Notes under the pieces: model-generated | The model's input: only the letters and a program-made list of their open reading frames with translations | What the model was told of the DNA's origin: nothing | Databases searched by the model: none | Program-made: the position numbers and the translations under genes | Source of the DNA: Zygnema circumcarinatum SAG 698-1b | Lineage: Eukaryota > Plantae > Zygnematophyceae | Direction: 5' to 3' | DNA: 64,000 nucleotides | Assembly: GCA_037447605.1 (NCBI GenBank) | Contig: CM074816.1 | Coordinates: 2,446,525 to 2,510,524, forward strand | Shown: positions 11,055 to 22,100 of the stretch, in pieces | Layout of the letters: each line of letters begins with the position of its first letter | Position numbering within the stretch: the first letter of the stretch is position 1

Positions 11055-13808
11055 TCATCGAAGGGAGTAAAAAATGTTTGGAGCCATGCCCTCCATTGTG
11101 CCCGGGAGAGCCTGAATGCCGGCAGCCATGGCTGTGTTTCCCTCTCCGTCTAGAGACAAAAGTGAGGGATTCTCCCCCACCACATGTTGAAAGCAGCTGT
11201 ACATATTGAGTGGTCCATTATCAAGCTGGTGCGATTTCATCACCCCATCTGCTGCTTCGAGAACCTCCCCAGGAAGAGTAGGGTTTGGCATCAATGGCGG
11301 AGACGAGGAGGGTGGCCATCGGAGCGGCTGGCTTTTAGTCGCGGCTTGGAAGGTGGCAGCAAGCGAGCTCAAGTAGTTGTTTCCAGGGTCTGTTGTGGGA
11401 ACTTGGAGCGGTAAAAGACTCTGAAAAGAGGACAAACTTCCGGAGGAGTTCACGAGCTGTCGAAGCTCCTCGAGTCGGTTCGCTGTCTGAGTGAGCATTT
11501 GGGTCCTTTGGAATGAAGATGAAGCGTTGAGTTCGTTCTCCAACATTTCCTTATATGCCATCAAATTGACCGCATTTTGAGAAATGCCTTCAGCATTGCT
11601 TCTGGGAGAGCTCGGAAACTGAGGGATCGTCTGAAGCACATCGCAGGGAGAGGATGACATCAAATTCGACGAATTCAGCGATGTCATACCCGTCGGCTCC
11701 TGGTCCATAGACATCGCATAAGTTAGTTCCTGCCCCGCCCCTGCCACCGACTGCGGTATATCGTTCTCTGTCGCCGCTCTCCGCAAGATCTGATGTGTGC
11801 TGTTGTTCCACGAGTACGAAGGAGCCGAGGAGGACTGCCACGTGGCACCGCCTGACGGAAGGTCAAGCGAGTTGTTATCCGCTCTCTGAAAGGTGGCCCC
11901 AAAGTCTGCCAAGTTTGAAATTCCCAGAGCTGCTGCTCTTTGTCTCGCTACGGCTCCGAGCAGTTCCGCTGTTAACAAAGACCCTTCCTTCGTTTCATGG
12001 GTCCTCCCCTCTCCGTTGTCTCCATCAAGAGCCATGGCGTCCCTGTTCAGATGAAACCCTTTAGCGAGGTTCGCTTGAATCTGCTGCAAAGTGTTGGGGT
12101 CCAGCGAGAAGGACTGCGGCGGCTGAAACGAGTTCAGCTGCTCCTTCGAGATGTTCAGCAACTGCGCCACAAGGCTGTCTTGCCCCGCACCGCCCCCCTG
12201 GAGGCCGCCGCCTCCTCCAATTGAGTTCTTGGAATTCTCTACAGAGAGCGAAGAAAACAAGTCGGGAGCACTTGTTACGATCCCTGAAGCTCGAAGCAAA
12301 GAATCAACGGAAGTCATTTGCCGATTCTGCGTGGACTGCGCGATATCCTCCCCAGCACCGGCCGAAAGTGCAGCGGAGACCCAGTCGCTTCTCTCTCCTC
12401 CGAATCCCCCCCCCAACTTGTTATTCAGAGCCCTGTTGTTGTTGTTGTTGATGTTATTTTCAGCAAAACCCCCGTTTGCTGCAAGACGAGCTGCGAGCTG
12501 AGCCGTTAGAGCCGACATGTTTCCTCGGCCATGGCCGCCAGGTGGCAGCCCGCGATTGTCTGGCAGCATCTCAGATTCCGATCTCTTCAGCTCCCGACCG
12601 TCGGATCCGCTGGATCCGAGAGCTCCCCAATCCCGAGATCCAATCCCGAGCGTCCGTTGGAGCTCACCAGGTGGGACCGACTTGGATCGTCCCGGACCCC
12701 CCAGTAAAACATCCGACACTCGAGCCATTTTTGAGGGCCCCGCGGATAAAAGCGACGAAATGTCAACAGTGACACTCCTCTTATACGAGTGAACCTTCTC
12801 CTTCCAACTCTCCTCCTTCTCTTCACTCCCACCACCTCCGAACTCCACAAATTCCATCTCCATGGACGCCGTTCCGTTGGGCTCGGTCTCCGCCAATGGC
12901 GGCGTGCTGAAGTGGACTCTCCCGCCAGATGTCTCCTTCTCTGTGCGCCACGTGGCACTCCCTCCCCCCCCAGGCTCTCCCTCTCCCTCGGCCCGGCCCG
13001 GCTTGCTCTGCGGGCCGTACTCGGCGGCGGCCCCCCCTCCCCCGTAGCCCCCTCCCCCATACCCGCCGTTGGCGAGCCTCCTCGCGGCGGCCGCGAGCTT
13101 GTTGCGCTTCTTGGGGGCGTCCACGCCGTCCACTTTCAGGGCGTAGGCCTGACGGGGAGTCGTAGGGAGCGACGACTTCAGGCCTCTCACCGCCTTCCTC
13201 AGAGCCTCCGAAATCGTCTCTGTGGGGCCCGCACTCAAAGGGGGAGACCTCAGGGGGGGACTTCCGGCCGGCTTTTCCTTTGAAGAAGGAGAGGAATGCT
13301 CAGGTTTTGCAGGAGTGGGAAACTCGGCAGTTTCGTCCCCTTTGGCTTTCGCTACAAACTTGTCTTCCTTCGCCTCACTCACCACCCTCTCCTTCGCCAC
13401 TCTAGCTTCCGTCTCGCTCCCGCTCTCCCCTCCATCTGGGAACTTTGTTGCAGACGAAAGAGCAGGTCCCCATCTCCCTTTATCCTCACTATCAGAGTCG
13501 GCCATAGTCCTATTATCTGGCGAGGGAGTCCTAGAAACTTCCGGAGATATCCTATCATATGTCATATCCATCGAGGGAGACGAAGGTGTTGAACTTATGG
13601 CCGGCACGTGGGCCCCAAATGGGCCATCATCAGAAATCTGTCTACTTTTGACTAAGTCTCCCCCTCCCAACATTACGGCTTCTTCAATATCATACTCTGC
13701 GCAGCTCTCCCCTTGACTCTGAAACTGAAACTGAGCCCTGTTGAGCAGGTCCTGGTGAACTGAAATCCTCTTAGTGACGGAGTTTGTAGGCTGCTTGTCA
13801 ACACCCAT
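11055..13808 (-). CDS. Unknown low-complexity ~917 aa protein, paralogue B
   Basis: First in-frame ATG at 13808 (MGVDKQ); the track's start at 13844 is TTG. Highly similar to paralogue A from LRSPPLSAGP onward, with a divergent N-terminus. Probable 5'UTR acceptor (gtgcag) near 13919. Confidence 0.8.
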   Translation of the reverse strand: MGVDKQPTNSVTKRISVHQDLLNRAQFQFQSQGESCAEYDIEEAVMLGGGDLVKSRQISDDGPFGAHVPAISSTPSSPSMDMTYDRISPEVSRTPSPDNRTMADSDSEDKGRWGPALSSATKFPDGGESGSETEARVAKERVVSEAKEDKFVAKAKGDETAEFPTPAKPEHSSPSSKEKPAGSPPLRSPPLSAGPTETISEALRKAVRGLKSSLPTTPRQAYALKVDGVDAPKKRNKLAAAARRLANGGYGGGGYGGGGAAAEYGPQSKPGRAEGEGEPGGGGSATWRTEKETSGGRVHFSTPPLAETEPNGTASMEMEFVEFGGGGSEEKEESWKEKVHSYKRSVTVDISSLLSAGPSKMARVSDVLLGGPGRSKSVPPGELQRTLGIGSRDWGALGSSGSDGRELKRSESEMLPDNRGLPPGGHGRGNMSALTAQLAARLAANGGFAENNINNNNNRALNNKLGGGFGGERSDWVSAALSAGAGEDIAQSTQNRQMTSVDSLLRASGIVTSAPDLFSSLSVENSKNSIGGGGGLQGGGAGQDSLVAQLLNISKEQLNSFQPPQSFSLDPNTLQQIQANLAKGFHLNRDAMALDGDNGEGRTHETKEGSLLTAELLGAVARQRAAALGISNLADFGATFQRADNNSLDLPSGGATWQSSSAPSYSWNNSTHQILRRAATENDIPQSVAGAGQELTYAMSMDQEPTGMTSLNSSNLMSSSPCDVLQTIPQFPSSPRSNAEGISQNAVNLMAYKEMLENELNASSSFQRTQMLTQTANRLEELRQLVNSSGSLSSFQSLLPLQVPTTDPGNNYLSSLAATFQAATKSQPLRWPPSSSPPLMPNPTLPGEVLEAADGVMKSHQLDNGPLNMYSCFQHVVGENPSLLSLDGEGNTAMAAGIQALPGTMEGMAPNIFYSLR

Positions 13809-13857
13809 TTTGTTGGAGGCAGCTTGAACTTGAACTCGCTTCAACGCAACATGCCAT
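13798..13857 (-). promoter_or_regulatory. Overlapping uORFs at the start of paralogue B
   Basis: ATG 13857 gives MACCVEASSSSSCLQQNGC*, with the stop at 13800-13798 inside the main CDS. ATG 13852 gives MLR*. Confidence 0.55.
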
Positions 13858-16800
13858 CACAGAAGGGAACTTCGAAAAGTTGTGATTTTCGGGTCAAATG
13901 CGTTTGTTGGATATGGATCTGCACGCACACAACAAGTTGACATTTAACTTAATCGAGAGGCGCACATGGATGGAAGGACGAGAGAAAGAGAGAGAGGGGG
14001 GTCAAAAAGCGGTAGAGGGAAACGAGTGTGTGGGCGAGGGAGAGAGGGGGAGAGAGAGATTGAGGGTGAAGGGGGAGAAGAGAGGGGGGGGGGGAATGGG
14101 GAGAACTAATGGGGTGTGGATTGGGATGAAATATGGAGCGGGAGAGTGAGAGTAGAAAGAGAGGCGAAGTGAGAGAGAGAGAGGAGGTGGGGTAGAAGCG
14201 AGAGTAGTGAGAGAAGGGAGGAGTGGTGGCAGGTATGGAGTGATAGCGGGTCGCACGACGGAAATGAATGAGAGCATCTAACTAGAAACAAATGATGTCT
14301 TTCCTCTCCCTCTCCCTCCTTCCCCCTCCCTCCCTCCCTCTAACTCCCTCCCCCTTCTAGTTGCCAAAAGACGCTACCTTGACTCTCGAAACTTGAGCGA
14401 CATTGACAACGTGTTGACCTCCTACCGTCCATCCCTCTGTGAGAACAATTTCCTCAGCCCTTCAGCCCCTTTCTCCCTCCTGCCTCCTCTCCCTCTTCCT
14501 CTCCTTCTACATCTCACTCTAACTATTCACTTTACTCTTCCGCTTTCCTCTCCTGCTTCTTTTTATATCTTAACCCCCTTCCCCCTCTCGCTCACTTTCC
14601 CGCCTCTATTGTTCCCTCCTCCAGCTCTCCCTCCGCCTCACTGTCCTCCTTTCGCTCTCTCCCGAACCCTCGTTTCCTCACCTGCTCTCTCTCTCTCAAG
14701 CCTCCACTCCCTCTCGCTTCTCTCCCTCTCCTTCCCAACTCTCCATTCCCGACCTGTCTTCTTGCCCGTATTTCACTCCCTTACCTGCCTCCTCCGTCGC
14801 TCTTGGTCTCTCTCTCCCCTTCCTTTAGAAGAATTCACTTCCCTCTCTCCGTCCGTCTCTCCGCCACTCTGACCCCCACGTCCCTCTCTCCTCCGTTTTG
14901 CCTATCCTTCAATCCTGTCCCCTCTCCCTCCCTCTAAAGTATCCCCTATATCTAATTACTCTGAAATCTCCCTCTCCCTCTCCCTCACCTTCTCCCTGAC
15001 CTTCCTTTTCTACCTTCCCTCCCTCCCTCCGTTCTTCCTCCCTTCCCGCCTCCCTCTCTCCCTTCTACCTCCCTCCCTCCCTCCCTCCGTCCTCCGCCTC
15101 CCCTTACCTGGCCTCGCCTCCCTCCCACGCGCCCTCCCTCTCTCCCTGCCTCCGTCCTCCCCCGCCACGTGTCGCCCCTCCCTCCCTCCCTCCCCTATGC
15201 CCCACCCCCCCCCCCGCCCGCTGCGCGCCGTCGGCTCCCACTTGCGCCGACGCTCAAATCATTGTCGCGCCATTGCCGCTCCTGCCCGCAAGAAAAATAT
15301 TTCCATTTTCCTGCCCGTTTATTTTGGGCACCATCAAAATGTCTATTTTTTAAACATAGAGGATCATTTATGTAATTACTTTTAACATAAGATTGCGCGG
15401 GACGATAATGTCAAACTACCAATTTGATTGTTTTCAGGCTACCCGTTCAGAGGATGCCGAGGGCTGCCCGAGCTGAAAAGGTTTCGCGTCCGCCGTCCGC
15501 TTTTTGGAAGTCAAAAGTTGGTCGTCGCCGAAATTGGTAGTGTCATGCGAAGGATCGCTTGCCGCCGACACGTCGTTTTGCAAGAGGACATATCCGTACG
15601 ACCTGCTCCGGTTAATGAAATCTCTTCCACCGTCAGTCGCCAGATCCGACCGCTCAGAGGCGGTAACCATGACGTCAGTGATATGTACGGGATTGGCATT
15701 TGTGCATCGTTCTTCATGCCGACGACAAAACGTGTCGAAATACCGCAGAAGTGGACATAATTACCGTACAGAGAATCTTTGGTCCTGCTAGCAATCTTCA
15801 GTTTCGGCCACGTTGCGTCGTGAGAAGCTCAGAACGTTGCAGGTAATGATTGGGCACATGCAGTAGCGACAAACTATCAGGAGGATTCAGCAGACAATTG
15901 GACGAGACTTGTACGGCAGGTCCTGGGAAGACTCGCTATGGGACAAAAGAGGACCCTACAAATACGCCAGCAGTTTTGTCGTCATTTGTAGTTGCCGGCA
16001 AATACCGTACAGCCGAACAGGTTGAGAAAAATGAATCGAGTTTATGTAAGTTCTCAATTCTCAATCCTATTGAAATAGGGTTGAACTCTGAACACTCGAG
16101 GTCGAAACTTTTTCGATTTAAGAAAGCGAAAAGTTTAAATAGAAAGTTCAGAGACTCAATGTGTTCGGTCGCTTGTGAGGATTCCACTTTTTGCCACGTC
16201 GGTTCTGTGCGATTCGAGGGGTCCGGTTAACCCCCGAACCCCATATTTTTCGTACGACTCTTCGCGCAAGAAGAACAACAATTTCTGTACGGACTCTTGA
16301 GTCCACCTGCTTTACGATCTGCCAAAGTTTCATTGTTGCTCGGTGGACCCAAGGAAAACTCAAATTGAAAACGAACGATAACAAATTGTCCAAGTTTCAA
16401 TTGATACTCTCAAAAAATATATATTCAAAAAAATGGAATTCATTTCTCATTTTGAAAGATTAATCCTATTCACAAATATGGGGTTTTTCTTTAGAGGAAA
16501 CAGTTTTGAAATTTCTTCTTTTGAGAAGCCAAAAATTTTAATTTCGTTTTTTCTCAACCTGTTCGGTTTCACAGTAGCCCAACTGGCTTTCTTGTCGCGG
16601 CCACACTTCCGGCCAAAACAGTACGAACGTCGGCAGGCTCGTCGCGACCTCCCGCTCGTGCGTGACCAGGTGTCGGCCGCAGACTGGCGTACGGACAGCC
16701 CCAAGGGCTCGCCCGTATCTTTCGCACTGGCTAGAGGACAAAAATCTCCTGGCGGCGCGTCCGGCGCGGGGGACAGCCCGCAGAAGCGACAGCTCTCTGC

Positions 16801-18151
16801 GGGGCCGGCCATTGTCGTATTCGGGGGAGGGGCCGTACGGTGTGCCGTCCAGGAGGACAGCGGACACCGGGGCGGCAAAAACGTACGGTCCGTACTCACT
16901 TGTCGCGACGCCCGTCGCCCGCGGGTCCTTCGGTCCTTGCAGCGGGCGCGGACGACCGTTCCATGCGCGTGGGTGGTTCGCGTTTTCATTTTTTTAAAAA
17001 CCCTTAAAACGCTAAAAACCCTAAAAATTAGGCTGGATGAAAAAGTTGGAAACCGCGTCGGAGAGTTCGCAAACCTCCGAAACGAGTCATCCAACCTGTT
17101 GAACGATGTTGGATGAACACCATTCGCACGTGTGAGCCGGCTGAATGTCGGAGGGCGCCCACTTCCGCCAAGGAGAAAGCGTCACGTGGCGTCCACGTGG
17201 CATATTTTGACCTACGAATGCCGAAGTGTCGGCGCGATTTTTTTTTCCAGCTCAGCCCCTGATCGCACGACACTTCTAGGAAACTGCGACAACGTGGAGA
17301 GGAGCGCCATGTGCCACGTGTCCTTATTTCGTTTATAATTTGGATCTCGCTAGTTTACCCCATTTGTCTATTCGGGCACGAAACTGCAAGGTTCGAATTA
17401 GGGTTTTAGGGTTTTTAAGGTTTTTAGGGTTTTTAGGGCCTGTCGCGAACTCGCTCAACCGTTCGCACAAGCGAAATTACATGAGCAATGTTGAACCACA
17501 TGAACGTTCGTTCAACTGAATGAATGAAGTTGGACCATGAAAACGCTCCCTAACGGGCACTTCTTCATTGTTGTTATTTGTGTTGTGATTTTCATGAGAC
17601 CACGAGTCTCATGACGGTAGACGCTAGAGTTTGTACATCTTGTTGTGCATCGCAAGTTGGAACTTGCATACTTAATCGTAGGTTTGTACTTTCCGTACTT
17701 AGCACCGTTGTGGTCAAGTTCCCCAATTCAACCCTCAATTGGATCAGTCTAGAAAATGGCGCCAAAGGCGTGCTCACATTTCCTACCAAGCCTCTATTGG
17801 GGCCCGTTCCTTAGCAAAAACCTGGTTTGGTTTTCGGCAGGTTTTTTGCAGGTTTTCAATCAACCGCGGACCCAGTTTGCAATTTTTTTTCTGTCACCGT
17901 CCAATCACGTCAATCCGTGGTTTCACGGGTTTTTTGGTGCTCCTAGTGTCGTGTTGTTGAGCCTAGAAGTAGATTTCCGTTTCGAGGCTTTTCTCTTTGT
18001 CCTTCGTCCATTATTGTGACCAGGAAGAGGAACCGCTTCCTTTGGTTCCATATTGCGATTTCGTCCATGTACATTTGATGGCCTTGCCATCGTGAGTTCA
18101 AATAACCATCCTTTTTTTTTTTTTTTTTTTTCACGGGTATCGTATCGTGTC

Positions 18152-18500
18152 TAGGGATGGCAAAAAGTCCGTTCAAGGGAGTTTTAGAGTTTTAATTTTC
18201 AGTATTAGAACGTTCTAATTGCCGAAAGTTAAAAACACTCTTGAAACGGCCTTAGGACCGTTGAAAGTGAACAGAATGTACGGTCGTACGATTGTCGATC
18301 TGAATTTTAGGTTCTGGAGTTGCGAATGGCCGAATGGAGGTGGCCGTACTATGAGCGTACTACTGTACGGTAATTCTAAAAGTGTTTTATAAAACGGCCC
18401 GACTGAAAACGGCCCGATTTTCGCCCGGGCGAAAATATTGTTTTTGGCAAATAGAAGGTCCGTGTTACCAAAATAGGCGAGCGGAATTATGTTAGTGTTC
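18152..18500. mobile_element. Probable degenerate hAT-like MITE fragment
   Basis: Begins TAGGGATGGC, identical to the left TIR of the element at 56287, and interrupts a (CGTAT)n stretch. No intact right TIR or TSD found; end coordinate approximate. Confidence 0.35.
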
Positions 18501-19121
18501 TTGTATGTCCGTGCGTATCGTATCGTATCGTTTGTTGTCATATCGCACCACATCGTACCGTATCGGTTAGTACGGGTAGTACGGCTAGTACCGTATCGGG
18601 ACGTATCGTATCGAAGCCAAGAAGAAGGGGAAAAGAGCGAGCGCCTCTTACGGCGGCAAGTGCGGGGAGATTAGGTGAGTTTTGCGTAAGCCCGTAACGG
18701 CTAGTACTGGTATTGGTCGTTTCCCCCTAATCCTTTTTTGTCTATTTTCTATTTTGAATTCTTCCCGGTGAAAAAAGGTCTGTGTCTAGACATAAAAGGT
18801 GTGAACTTAGCAGTATCCCCCTAACAATGTCTGCCCATTCCCATGCAGTGCCGTACATTTTCGTACCCTTCTGTTAAAAGCACACACCAGATGCTGCCAC
18901 GTAAGCTTTTCTATATGGCCGTACACGTATGCTTACGCGCACATACAAGATCGTGCAACGTAGGCATTGCTGGTGGGGTTATTCCTAACGGTTACATGTG
19001 CAACAACACAGTTACGGGATTTCCCGTTCCATGCTTCCTTGCCTGCGCCTGCCCCCCCTCAAGCAGAGGCGCCCATTGGAGCCCTTTGGCTTCAGCTCTC
19101 TGCTCGGCCTCGCTGGCCGCC

Positions 19122-22100
19122 ATGGATGGGCGGCCGAGGCGCTACGGCGCTGTCTCGCCGGTATGTCTCTCTCTCTCTCTCCTTCCCTCGTTCTCTCCCT
19201 CTCTCTTTTTCTATCTCTCCCGCCCTCACTCTCTCTCTCTCCCTCCCTTGTTCTCTCCCTCTCTTTTTGTTTCTATCTCTCCCGCCTACTCTCTCTCGCC
19301 CTCCCTCGTTCCCTCCCTCTCTCTCTCTTTCTATCTCTCCCTTCCACTCTTTCTCTCTCTCGCTCGCTTTCTCTGCTCTCTAGAGGACTCTGCGAGTCCA
19401 AATATCTTCAAGGATTTGACGTATCTTGAAGATTATAATTAAGTCATTTTTTTTTATGCATTCTGCGCTGCTTAGGGCTCTACATTCCTTTTACATTGTT
19501 GGTTGCTCGGGTAGTCTCTTGTTAGACTTTGAATCAAGCTCCTGTTTTCTTCGATCGTGGATTCACATCTGCAAAATGTGCAACCTCAGACGCTTAACAG
19601 TCTCCAGAAGTTAGTTTGAAAAGAATTGAGATTTTCGGGAATCCTCGCCTCGTCAAACCCTCCTCTGAAATGCCAAAATTTTAATTTTCCTAAAGTCACC
19701 ATTTGTGTCACAACCGTCACCCTAAACCATACGAACCTTTGGAGCGCTAACCTTAATCATAACCTTAAACCTAACTCTTACCCTAATCCTAATCCTAGCC
19801 CTAACCCTAACCCTAACCCAAACCCTAACCCTAACCCTAACCCTAACCCTAACCCTAACCCTAACCCTAACCCTAACCCTAACCCTAACCCTAACCCTAA
19901 CCCTAACCCTAACCCTAACCCTAACCCTAACCCTAACCCTAATCCTAACCCTAACCCTAACCCTAATCCTAACCCTAACCCTAACCCGAACTTAACCCTG
20001 ACCCTGGCCCTGAATTTTACTCTTAACCCTAACCATAACTCCCACCCTAACTTTTAAGTTTACCCCTAAACCTAACCCTAACCCTAATCTAACGTTAACT
20101 CGAACCATAACCCTACTCACAACCTTACACTAACCCTAACCCTAGCCCTAACCTCAACCCTAACTGTAACCCTTACCCGAACCCTAACGTCAACCCTTAC
20201 CCGAACTTTAACCCTAACATTAAGCCTAACATAACCCTAACCCTCACCCTCACCCTCACCCAAAATCTGATTATACACGCCTTATATAGACCTATACTCA
20301 GTTACTGTTCGCGATGCTCCAAATTCGGGCAACCGAACAATCCCATTGACAGCTCATTCAGGTTGGATTCGATTCACAATTGTCTTAAGATTTGACTTAA
20401 CCCATACCCTCTCTCGCACCCTCTCTCCTCCCCAAGCACTGTTCTCTCTATATCACCAAAGCAGATCTCTCTCCCGCTCATGTCGCATGGAACACGGAGT
20501 CGAATGTTGTATCTATCGACCAGGCGTACCCATCTTGCATCTGTTCTATGCTTTCCCTGCGTTCATTTCTGCGGTTAGTTCAACATATATCCATCTGAAC
20601 ATGTTCTACAATGAACTTGCTGTTCTCCTTTCCCTTCACATGTTCTGCAGGAGCCCCTTGCCTTGCCTGTGAAGGGACCTCGCCGTGCACTTCCTCGGGG
20701 AGCTCAGCCAAACTCTTTTGTGTTCGATTTGGACATCTTCAAGGTAAGTTCTTTTTCCTTTCCTTGTCAATTACTTTCTGGTGATATTGTCTCACTCATG
20801 GCCTGTACGCATATCACGCGACGTTATCCAACGTCAACTTACGTAACGTTGTGGTATATTTCCGTTCATTCGTGCAGGGAAATTTCTCGTTTGATGACTT
20901 TTTTGGGAGTCTTGTGGGAGACCTCCTTCCGGCGTTGGGAGAGGATGACGATGAATCTGATCTTTCTTTGCCTCTCACGCCCAATGGGAGCGCGCCACCT
21001 CCGGGGTTTCCGGAAGCAGAATCTCTCCTTCCTGTTCTCAAAGAAGTCCGGCGGGAACTGATTGAATTAAGTCATCAGGTCTCTCCCTTCCCTCCCTCCC
21101 TCCCTCCCCGTCCTCTCCCTCTCTCTCTCTCTCTCTTTCTCCCCATCTCGTGCTCCCCCTGTGCTGCTCCTCCCTCCCTCCCTCCCGCTCCTTGTTGCTC
21201 TCTTCTCCCTCTCCTTGTCTCCATGACTCTCTCAATCTCGCTCTCTCCCTCCCTTTATCTCTCTGTCTCCCCTTCATCTCTTGTTCAGACTTTTTGAAAA
21301 ATTGGCAGGTAGATGCAAAGCTGGCCAAACTGAGGAAGGATGTTGAAACACAGGATGCGGAACACAAGGAAACTCTTGTAAAGGTCAGAAATCTCAACTG
21401 ATAAATCTTTCAATGGCTTACTCTTCTACTACGCACTCTTCAGGGTTCAGGGTTCTTCATTCAGAACCCTGAACAAAGGCTTTGAACCAAAACCCTATTC
21501 GTCCTGAACCCGTCTTCTATGCCCGCAATTGCAAACAATTTGGAGGTCCTTTATCTTCGGTCGATTCGAGGTTGAGTCTGTCTCCTTATAGTCCCCCTTT
21601 TTGGTTAATATGAGCAAAAATGTGCAGCTCGAGCGCGGTGTTGAAGGTTTAAATGACAGTTTTGAACGATTGGATACGCGAATATCCGGAGTGGGGCAGA
21701 CAGCAGCTCGGATCGGAGATCACTTGCAGGTAAAAAAAAAAAAAAAAAAAAAAAGAGCTAAAGAAATACAAAAAAAAGAAAGCAGTTTAAATCTTTAATG
21801 TTGACTGTGAGGCTAGAATTGAAAGCGTTTTTCCTTTAAATTTTTAAATTCCATGAAATGATCGGCTAATGTGGTCTTTTCGGGAGGGGGGAGGGGGGCT
21901 CAGAGTGCAGATGCTCAGAGAGAAGCAGCGAGTCAGTCGATTGAACTCATCAAGGTGAGGGTTGGAATCATAAGAAAACAGAAAGTATGTTTTTAGAGGA
22001 ACTGTTTCTTTGTTGCTGAATTTTCCGTTGTAGATAGCGGAATCTTAGTTTTGCTAGGCCTAATTCTGTCGGATTCTGGCCCAATTACTGACTTCCGTTC

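Noticed and set aside
19799-19985. True chromosome end
   Set aside because: Flanked on both sides by SEC10 exons; interstitial.
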